In this document: positions 51,501 through 63,500 of the stretch, in pieces
Layout of the letters: every line of letters starts with the position of its first letter
Position numbering within the stretch: position 1 is the stretch's first letter
Made by a program: the position numbers and the translations under genes
Origin: Paragordius varius
Taxonomy: Eukaryota; Animalia; Nematomorpha
Direction: 5' to 3'
Assembly: GCA_964247055.1 (NCBI GenBank)
Contig: OZ176055.1
Location: 6,944,001 to 7,008,000, forward strand
Length of the DNA: 64,000 nt
Notes under the pieces: generated by a model
What the model was told of the DNA's origin: nothing
The model's database searches: none
Seen by the model: the letters and a program-made list of their open reading frames with translations, nothing else

Positions 51501-54500
51501 TATAGTAGCATTTTAAGCTAAAAATTAATTATCTTGTCATCATAATTCACACACACACACACACACACACACATTAGTTAGCAGCTACAATATTTTTACT
51601 TTTTATACTTTTATATTCCATATCAATTATTACACAGTAGTATAATTTGCTAACTTTATTTAATGTTTCTAAATAATTTTATACGTATCCTAAATACTAA
51701 TAGATAAATTTCTAAAGTTAATATAATATGGTTACTTAATTTTATCAGCGATTAAAGAGCGGAACATTTTTATAGAGATAATTTTTTTTCATGAAAATTA
51801 TGTTATGTCCTATTTTAATTGGTGGTAGAATACCCATTATTACTTTTTTATTATTAGGGAAAGAAGCCTTTGCAAAATTTTTTTTAACTATATAGCTAAA
51901 TATATTTAACCTTAACATATTTAGTTATATATACATATATATATGAATAAGCCTTATATAACTAACTATATTATATATCGCTATTGTTTTCTAAAAAATA
52001 TTTTGTGTTACACATATAAAGAATATATAATAAAAAGTATAGTTAATTAATTTTTAGCCCAACATTTTTTTTGCTGTTAGAAGATCGGAGAAATCGGAAG
52101 TGTTAAATCATTTAAAAAATATAAGAAATTTTTTTTATGAGTAATGGTACAAGTATTTATAAATTTCAATGTTTTTTTTTTCATAAAAAAATTGTTTTAT
52201 AGAAACTCCACTTATTGATAATTTTTATCATATATTTTTATCACATTATCATCATTTCAATCACTTATTATTTTTTCGATTATTTCTTGTTTAATATTTT
52301 TTGGTTTAGGTTTGTTTAGATTTAACTACTTTTTTTGTTGCTTTTTTATTACAACACACAATTTTCATTATTTATTATATGCTGTTTTTTTACCTTTATT
52401 TTTTTCGCTAAATTTTTTATATTTACATTAATATTTATTATATATACATACACCTATCTATCTACCTTCCCTCATCCAAAAATTTATTTTGGAGTCATCC
52501 CCAGTTTATTTATTTATATATATTTATTGCTTTTAATTTTTTTTATATTTTTTGAATTAACAGCAATAATTTTCGGCAAATATTTTGCTTTTGTGCTTTT
52601 CAAAATGAAAACTCTTCTTAAACTATATTATTGATCGATAGTTATTTCAAAGCAAATATATATTATATAATAAAGAGAGAGAGCATATCTAAATTATTAT
52701 GTGTATATGTATTGCATCTTTTTGAATGTTTATGGATCATCATACTACTTTTAATGTTGTTAATAATGTTCACAAATTTAGTAATGAAAATAGCGTTAAT
52801 AATGATAATTACTATTATAATAATAATATCTTGGAAAAAGGGGGGAGGAATGATTTAAATTATCTAGTCATTAATCATTCAAAAGACAACGGCAACGGTA
52901 ACGGTATTGCAAATTTCAACAACTCTATCGATTCCAATAAAGTTGAATCAAAAAAGATAAATTATTTCGATTCATCACCATTCAAACTTCATTTACCAAA
53001 TAGTAGCAATGATAAAAATTTTGTTAAACAAAAAAATCTAACAACTAACAATAATGCAGAAAATGAAAATAAATTGTGCACATCTGATTCGAATTATTTT
53101 TCCCTACGAGGTACCGGTAAAAATAACAATCATAATTTTTCTAATACGCCGCTTGCCGAAACTAATAATTTGAAACATGAATCAAAATTTGATTTTATAA
53201 ATACTAATTTTAAAACCACCCACCAAAATAATAAATATGATTGGAAAGAATCAAATTTTTACTGCTCCTCAGACAATGAAGATGAAATAGAAGAAGTCAC
53301 CTATATTCCTATAACAGTTTTGCCACGTCAAAAAGATTTGCGAGATTGCGAAAACACTCCACAGAATAGTTTACTGCAAAATACTCCAAAAACAGTTTCT
53401 AATTCATATGAACGCGAAAATTATAAACATTCAGTTAATAATATTTCTAATAACTCTTATATCTCACCTGGCGGAAAAGTTATAGGTATAGTTGAACCAA
53501 TGCCACACATTATTAATAATAACACCAATAAATCTTACTCTAATTCTACAGAAAATTTTGAGCAAAATCAAATTTTATCCATAAATAAAGATAAAATGCA
53601 ACAAGTTAAGCCTAATGTTAACGCTAAGGTTAATAAAAACCTTGCTGACACAAAACGTTGTTTTAATTCAACACACATTATTAATGATATCAAGGATGGG
53701 AGTTTGAATAATACGAATACCACTAAAAATTCGATAAAATCAAATAAGAATATGAATGGATTTACGCGGTCTGTTGAAGATGACAGGTATTTTAAGAGCA
53801 ATTTAAAAGGTTTTAGCTGTTCTACAAATACACCCCCTTCCCCCAGACGTCGAATGTCAATTTCGGCCACTGGACCGTCAAATACAAAGTGCAATTTTAA
53901 CAATATTTCTTGTTCAAAGAAGTTTCCTGAAACGCTTGATGACTTATTGGCGTTTAGACAAATGAGACATCATCGTTACCCCAGCAATAGTAATCCAAAT
54001 ATACAACAACAACAGCAAACTTTGTTGCAAAATAGCAAATACAATATCAATAATATTGTTGATCATTCCATGTCCGATGGTGAGGATAAACACGTCGGTC
54101 AAGAATATATCACTATACCTGTTCAATATATTGATACGAGCACTCAATTCCCTAAAATGTTGACGCAACCATTGAAAAAAACATTCCACCGTTTCCTAGG
54201 TAACCTCAAAGAAATGGGCAATGATTTTATTAACCATAATACCAATGCCCCCAATGGAAAAATTGGTAATGTTGGTGGATCTATTATAAATCACCGTAAA
54301 AATAATAATCCCTTTTCAAACACTACTAATTTATCGGACACAAGTCCCTTAACACAAATTAGTACACCCACGTCTATGAATCATAAGAATAGTAATAACT
54401 TATCTGGCGAAGATTTTACAGCACTCATTGCAAAAATTCGATCGCTATGTAAGACAGAAGATAACTTGGCATCAGTCAATGGAAATCATACTACCAAAAA

Positions 54501-57500
54501 TGTTTTTGGCCTTGACCCAGGGCCGAATCCTTTTATGAATGGTTGTTCGCCTGTAACGAATAATGTTCCTCTTTCACAAAAATACTGTAAGGAAGACACA
54601 AATAACTTTAATAATATTTCATTGTCACGCATTCCTGTCAATAGCACCAATTATAATTATTATAAAGATAATTTTGGTTTTAATGATGAAATGCTTATCG
54701 CTAATTCACACGGCGACAACCATCATTCTTCCAGACTAAAGAAACAAATGATGGATGTGAATACACCATCTCCACCCCTATCCGTATCTGATAGGATCAA
54801 AAAATTTGAAACGAGATTAGGATCGCTTTCAAACAATAATAAAGCGAACCACCATAATAATAATGATAAGTCATCTTCTGTATTCTCAGTTCCAACAAGC
54901 CCTATTAATGCCGAGCACAATTCTTCAAATTTTTTGAAAAATGATACTGGTTACAATTATAATTGTTACAGTTTGGATAAAAGGCCAGGAATCAAGAAAT
55001 CGCTCACGCCAATGAAATTTGGGTTAAAGCGTTCAGCTTCATTTTTAACGCAACATTTAAATAAAAATGATGACAAAGTTATTAGACCCAATTTTTTACC
55101 AAGCGAAAATGTTAAAACTGAAAAAAACGAAATGAATAGTATGACAAAGCACAATTTATCCAAGCCGATAGTTAATGCTAAAACGAAAGAGTTAAAGGGT
55201 ATACTCAAAAATAATCATGACACGTTTATTAAAAATCCTTATAATGGTTCCCTATTGTTAAGTAAATCTCATAGTAATTCTGTTAGTGCACTAAATGCAT
55301 CAGAATTTTATGACGAGCACAGCTTTAAAAACCAAAATAGTTTGGGTTCTACCTTTCTTTCATCCCCCAGAAATCCGAGATTTAGAAATTTTAATACAAA
55401 TATTGATCACACTAATTGGTGTCATCGTGATTTAAATGATTCCCCTATTCTCTATAAACAACATATTGTTATACCCGCAAACTCACATATTTCTGTTCCC
55501 AACAATCAACCATGTTATTACAAACAACCTATCATTAACACTTCGAATTGGGCTAATCAAAAGCATTATTACGCCAATAATTTGGAAACTGTACAAAGTG
55601 AAAATGACGCATACCAAGATATATCAATGATTAATAATGATATATATTATCCGATTAGCACAAATATTAACAATCAAAATGCCAAAGATACAGTTACTGC
55701 TTATACCCTAAAACCTGAAAGATTTGGTATTAATGAGACTTTAGGCTCCAACGCACCAATTAATGAAACTGTCGTAACCTCAACAGCAGATAGACTAGAA
55801 CAAGGGGGAATAAAAGTCGGCCCAAAAAAACTTGGAAAATCTGTGCGATTCTCTAATTTTGTTAGCCAACAATACATTCCAGTTACTACAGTAAGTCCCT
55901 CTAATTCGCCTACAGAATCTAACATGCCTTTGTCGCCCAAAATTGGTGTCAGACAACCCTATAACCGATCTCCGTCACAAAATGGTAGCACGGTCGAAAC
56001 TAATAAAAACCCAATTTCAACGGATACATCAATAGATAATCTAATTATAATTCCTAGACCTAAACTTTCAGCCTACCTTAATGCTGCACGATTACAACAA
56101 AATATAACTACCAATGGTATTAAGCATGAAAAAACTACGCTAACTAATCAATCATCATCGAATCCGTCCAATTACTCTAATCATAATCAACTTAATCCTA
56201 AGTTAGAAACAAAAAATGTATGTACATCATCATTTAACAACATCACTTGCAATTACATTATTAATAACTGTAACGATAAGATTCAAAATGGAAAGGATAT
56301 GCCGCGGCATGATACACAAAGAAATAATGCTATTGATCAAAATGAAATAAATATGAAAATGATTAATAATAATAATAATGGTTGTATAATTAAATCGACT
56401 CTTTTCTAATATCACGCTTTTGATGACAAATGAAATTAATAATATAGCTCATTTATTTTTTGGTATGAATTCCTAAATAATCAAAAAATCTGAAGGCTTT
56501 TATACAGCCATTCGTTTGTTAAATTATTTTTATAAGAAAGCAACATATTTATTGATTGCATTTATATTTTGATAAATTTCGCCTTGCATATTATACTTCC
56601 TTTCTAGTCCTCCTTACCTTTTCCTTTATCTTCAAAAGTATTCCATAAAGACACTCAGCATACAACACACACTAAACTATGTTACAGTCAAATTACATAT
56701 ATATTTGATCTGATTCATTTTAAATTTATTATATATATATACTACTATCATTATTATATCTATTTAATAAATTAATCCACATATTTTATCATATTGCTTT
56801 AGATCATATATTTTTTGGATAAGATGTAGGCCATTTCTGTAATATTTTAGTAAAATTTGCTATTTGACCATTAAAAATGCTCATACTTTTAATAAAAAAA
56901 CTTAAAATGGATTTTCAAATCCATAATTAATAGCCTTTATAAATCAATAATTTGATAGTATAACACCTATTAACATTTTTTTAACCTAATGATATATGAA
57001 AGAAAGTTGTAAATATTTCTCAGCATTTGGCCTTATTGGTTATTTTTTAAATTTTATTTTGAATTATTTTTTTGTTTTATATTTAATTGACCTAAAAAAT
57101 TTATTTGAGATCGTTTTTACTACTGAATTTCAAACTATTATATTTCGAAAATTAATAGTTAATTATGAATGAACCCCTTTATTTTTAATTTTTTTGTTTT
57201 ATAATTATTACTTAAATATTTTATATTACTTATTTTAATATTTCATAAAAAGTTAAAGATAGTTTTTTAAGTTGACTGAAGTAAAAGGCGATTTCTACAA
57301 TACAAAAAATTTTATGGTTTTAAAAACTCCTTTTTTCGAAAAAGTTTATGTTTTATTAAATTCAAATTTTATTTTTAACCATAAATTTGCCGTTTATTTT
57401 TCTGAATTAGATTAGCTGGCCAATTTTTTATGATACTTTAAACTATTAAAATTTTGGATATTAATAAATTTATTTTTTTTTCAAAAGTTGAAATTATTTA

Positions 57501-60500
57501 TTATTACATTTATATGGATTGAGTTTTGATATCTTAAAAAGCATATTATAATCTTATTATAAAATTTGATATGTATATAAAGGGGGTTTAATTAGGTCAG
57601 CATAACATAACTAACTACTATTGCAAATATTTTTATTTTACATTTATTTATATGTAAATTATATTTTTTTCCTATTAGTTTGGTTATAAAAATAAAATAT
57701 TTACAACAAATATACAGTAGTAGAGATAACTCATCATCTTCCCACAGTTAATTATGTATGCATTACATATATTTAATAAAAAAAACAAACTATATTTATT
57801 TATATATTAAGAATAGGAGAATATCAACCCATTTTTGTAATAGAGTTAGCTAACTAGCTAGCTTAGCTATGTATATATATTATATTTTCTTTCAAATATG
57901 TATGTATATTTATTATTAATAATATAAAATATTTATTTTAATATAATGTTGTGCAGTGCTCACTATTGAATCCGTAAATGGCGAAAATAATCTTAATGGG
58001 CAATCCAATGCTTTTGATGAAATAGATTTTCAACAACATTCATCTCGTATACCATCAAACTCTACTGATTATCAAGTATATTGATTTTCAAACAAAAATT
58101 TACAATATATCATGATTTTTAAAACTTAAAAAAATTTATCGAATAATGTATATATTTAAAGGTTCATTTATGGTTTATTGCATTTATATTTTATTTTATC
58201 TGATTCGTAATGTTTTTTTTCAGCAAAGATATTTATGAAATGAGAATCATGCATTTATGTTTGTTGGTTTGAAAATGTGTATTAATTAATTTTTGCTTTT
58301 CTATCATCAAATTTTAATTTAAATTAACCCTATTATTCGTTTCATATTTTTTATTTCAAATATTGCTCTATTTATATGATTAAACTCTCGTTTATTTATA
58401 TTTACGCTTGAACATTTCGAATTTGCTCTTGAACATTTTGAATTCACCCCAAATTAATTGTGTTTTTGAATATCGAAAATTACCTAATATTTTTTTGTAT
58501 TTTAAAAGAATGTTTTTTAACATATACAGGAAAATAAAAAAACTATGCCATAAAATTTTTTATATTAATGATCAGTTATATCCAAAAACACAGAATTTAT
58601 TTTAGGGTGAATTTTGATCAAGAATAGGTTTAAATGGTTGTAATTGTAATTTTTTTAATTTAACCTAGACATACGATCAGGAAGGGAAAAATTCTAATAA
58701 TTATGAAGACCATGTCACCAGTTCAGATCAAGATACCGTTACCTCTTCAATAGTTTCCGGTGCTTTATATTGTGGAAAACTAACAAAATATTCCTTAAAC
58801 AGCAACAATCATAATAATAATTATAATAATGGTATTTTAGCTACACCCCACAACTCTAATACAAACAGTATGATATATATATGAAATTGAAATTTTGTAC
58901 AAGAATTGGTTTTTAACTTTATTAGGATTTATTGAAAAGGTAGTGTGTCGAAAAATGAAATAAACTCCTATAAAATTAGAAAGAATAAAGAATGATTTTT
59001 AGGCTATATGGTTAATGCGATATATTTTTTTAATTTGTTTTTCCAACCTATGCATGTAGGTTTGGAAAATAGTTATACCGAAAATGAATTTATCACTTTG
59101 TATTAGAATTAATTGCCAAATATTAATATTAAATTTATACAGGATATACTAAAAATAATCATGGTCATACTAATATTGTTTACTTTATAATGATTATATA
59201 TTTTTTACATCTATTTGCATTTTCTAATTTTCACATAAAAATTTAATTTTATAAAAAAATATTTTTTTTGCAGTTTGTGGTTTATATTTCTTAATTTTGA
59301 CGGTAAACGTTGCTTTAACTATGACCTTATAAAAATTATTATGTTTAAATATTTTTACCGTTTAAATTTTGAGGTTGAGATGTTGCTTTAAAATTTTATT
59401 ATTTCTTCAGATAATAACAACACGAATCAACAAACATCATCAACAGCACCAGTTAATACAACAAATAATAATCGTTCCACCAGTGTACCCCGTAATAAAG
59501 CAGGGACTGGGGTACTGAGTCGAGCTATTTCAACTAGAGTTGTAGGTACCACAGGAATTCATCATGGACCACAAACACCCTTCTCAGCCAGCCATATGAA
59601 ATTGAATAGCCCTGCTCCAAGTATGCATACATAAATTATGTCGTTTTTTATGTTTCTTTTTTTGGTTTGATTGTTTAATAAAAGGCTATAGTAATCCTCT
59701 CCATAATGAGACTGGAAAAAAATCAAGGTTTTAGAACAAATTAAATTGTACTTTTGATTTGTGTTAATAATTGGTTTCTTTACAATATAATATATATAAA
59801 TATATTAATATTAAGATTGGAAGAAAATTAATATTAATGATTATTTCTAATAACTTGTATGTTTACTGGAGTGCAACTTTAAATATTTCTAACCTATTTA
59901 CTAAAACCTTTAATTATCGAATAATCTTGATCAGTATGGCTTCTATGAACGCTCTTTATTATTAAAAGCTGATTATAAGGGCAATAGGGTGTGCAGTATG
60001 AATAAAAAATAATTTTTAGTTTAATAAACAAGTATTTTTGTCAGATAATTATTACAGTAAGGAGAAATAATTTTGTTTTAAAGTGTTGGTGCATAGAAAA
60101 AAGATGTATTTTTTTCGCCATTTCTTGTTTTTAGTCAATAAAATTTCTCTCCCTACTATAATTACTATCTGATAGCAATATTTTTTGAAAAAAACTAGTA
60201 AGATATAATTATAATGTTGTTACTATATATATGTATATATATAGGACGTAAAGCACAATCGATAACATCTTTTAGTAAGTTTTGTAAGAAATTATTATTT
60301 ATATTCTTAATTACAGCTAACTGTATTGCTTTCAGTATTGTGTTTTTATAAGGTTAGCTTGTCTGAGAATGATAAATATATTCATGGTTTTGCTATTAGT
60401 CTTGTTATTAGATGTCGCGTTAATTTTATAATAAATTATAAATTTGAATAATTATTCACATTTAATTTGATTTGATTCTAGGTTCTGCCGGTGCTATGGA

Positions 60501-63500
60501 TGAAGAAAGCTTTTACGAAAGTTTTGAGGATGTCCCTAAATTACATGTAAAAAGAGATTTATTTATTACATATTAAATAATTAAATCATAAAAATAGCTA
60601 TACTTTTGATAATTTTCACAATATTGGGATACATTTCCGATAAACAAATTGTATAACCAGAATTATGAAACCATTTATGTTAATTTCCAAATTTGTGATA
60701 TTTTATAGAATTAGGTTTGACTAATTTTAATCATCAATATCACTAGGCTTTGTAAACAACATATAATTTAAACATTTACTTTTCTTTTTTAGATTACTTC
60801 AATTGTCGAACTGGAAGATACATTTAACCGCATGCGTGAAGAATTATCAACCGATAAAACTGATTGGAACAAACGAAATGAAAATGTATTTATAATTTTT
60901 AATTTTTCCAAATATTTTTGATGAAAATCTTAAAGGTTTGATATTAATATATAAAGGATGCGAAAAGTGTGTTCCTCATTCCTATTTTTTCTAAATTTTG
61001 TGTTTTTGGTAAAATTGTGCATGTGTTGACTTATACTAAAAAAGATACGAAAATTCTTTTTATAGTAACAAATTATGCTTAATGATTTTTTATCATATAA
61101 ATGCTGACATGTTAACATAAATATACTCTAGTTCCCAATTTTTTTTGAAATATTAATCAAAATATCGATATATCAATATAAAAAGATGCGAAAAATTGGT
61201 TTATTTTTATTATTTATATTTTTTTATAAAATATCTACATATAATTTAAAAATGCGAAAAATTCTTATATTTTTATTAATTATATTTTTTTATAACAATA
61301 TTAACATATAATTTAAAGATGCGAAAAATTCGTTCCATTGTTCTATGCTCAAACTTAACCAAACACAAAGAATATGCCGAATGTATGGCCAATAATTTGA
61401 AGGCTTTAGAACCGGCTTTCATGTTGGCCCTTCGAGACTTACGGAGTCAAATTGTTAGAGAAGTTTGCATAACTATAGGGTATCTAATAATAATTTTGAT
61501 TATGTTTGAATTTTATATATTTATTCTAACCTTGTATGGAAATCCATATTAGAAATATATTATTTATTTACATTTGATTGCAAGGATTTATGCGTTTGTA
61601 AAAAAGGCATAAAAATATCTACAAATTTTTGTCTAATCTTTTTTTAAAAACTAACTTTTTGGTGTTTAAGCGTTCCCTTAAAGATAAAAGAATGATTTGT
61701 ATAAAAACAAAATAGAAATACTTACAGGTATTATCTATAAGTTCTTTATAAGTGTGTTTGTTAAAAATCAGTTATTTTTAACCAAATTAATAAACTTATA
61801 TAAATATAATGAATAGCATAAGATCTTATGCCTTTTTCCAAATAGGCAGGCAAATTAAATAAGATTTTTTTGCTGTAAAATAGATTTTTATCCCAAACAT
61901 TTGGAATGCGTTGGGAACATGGGGCCGAAAATTTATTTGCACAGCTCATAATATTGATTGGGAATACGGTTAAAATTATGTCAACTTCGGCGGTTGTCGC
62001 AATCAAATTTATTATCAAAGTAAGTTTTTATAAAAGTTAAATATTTTTCAACAAAAAATATATATACATTTATCCTATGAAGCGTTTAAATTTATATTTT
62101 TTTAAAGATTTGAAAAGGGTTACATTTATATGCTAAATGTCTCAAAAATTTAAAATTAATATCAGTTTCAACTAAAATATTTTTTTAAGGGTCAACATTT
62201 ACTTTTGATTTCTGCGGAAAATGTTTCAAATCACTTGGAAATCAATTTTTATTACTAGCAAAACTTTATTTTTTTTCATGCAAGTTATTATCACTGATAA
62301 TTTAATTACGTTTAGCATATCCATTCCCCAAAATTAATTCCCATATTAGCCAATTCATTAGTAACTTCGAAATCACGAGAGATACGAAGGTTTTATTTTT
62401 TATACCATTATTAAATTTATCAAAAAGATATATCATCTTTTCAAAATTTTTTGAAGCAAACAATTCATTATTTATACTAGTTTATCAGGAAGTTTTTATA
62501 CTCATTAATGAAATAAATTTACGTTTTAGAAAAAAAACTTTATTTTTGTTAGTTGTTTGCAATATAAGCATGTCCAACATTTTAAACCAATATTTATATA
62601 TATCATTTACAATTCAAATTCACCCTTGAACAATTCAAATTCACCCTCAAACAATTCAAATTCACCTTCAAATAAATTATGTTATTTAATTAAAATTACC
62701 GATATTTTTATATATATTTAAAAAATAAAATTCTGTTTAAATATTACTGAAAAAATAATTAATTATGCCATAAAGATATATTTTATATTAATAAATTTAT
62801 TTCAAGGGTGAATATGAATTGTTCAAAGGTGAATTTGAACTGTAAATGGTATATATATTTATTTCTCTAGAAATATTTGTGAAATATTCGACCTTATATT
62901 GCACACATGGGACACTAGCGTATTGGAAAAACAGGTAACTCTTTTACAGGACGGGATTAAGAGAGGTCTTCAAGATGCTGATGCAGAGGCTAGAGCCTCT
63001 TCTCGAAAGTAATATTTTTGGGAAAATTTATTTTTTTATCAAAGTTATTTAAAATATATATTGTTTTAATATATAGTTTCAATATAATTTAACTATTACA
63101 TATATATATAAATCGGGTTGAACCTTATATATTTTTTTTTGATTTTAACTATTACGATATACCGCTAATTTGTAAATGATTATTTTGACTGATTAACAAT
63201 ATTTTTTTTAACTAATTTTTACACATTATGCTTTTTTTTATTATATTCATTAAGTTCATTTCTACGCTATTTTTCCGATCTAAATCTTGATTCGTTGTTT
63301 TTGAAAAAATATATTTTACGCATTTTTATTTTTTATCATGATTTTGTAAGAAAATATTTCAAATTGATTCCCGATTCGAACTGTATTTTTTTTAAAAAAA
63401 TACATTTTGTAATTTATACATATTCAGGGCTTACTGGGGATTTGCTGATCATTTCAAGGATCATGCCGAAATTTTGATTCAAAGTTTAGATTCTGGGAAA

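Noticed and set aside
52335-52858. Hydrophobic ORFs upstream of the giant ORF as membrane proteins
   Set aside because: Non-ATG starts in T-rich DNA; the F/I/L bias is explained by base composition.
53568-56415. Antisense ORFs within the 1227-aa ORF, and 7548-7883 and 5052-5270 antisense to SNW1
   Set aside because: Short shadow frames of real coding sequence with no motifs.
62935-62949. Apparent 15-nt GT-AG intron (gtaactcttttacag) in CLASP
   Set aside because: Read-through EKQVTLLQDGIKRG aligns without a gap to human ERHISVLAETIKKG, so the segment is coding.
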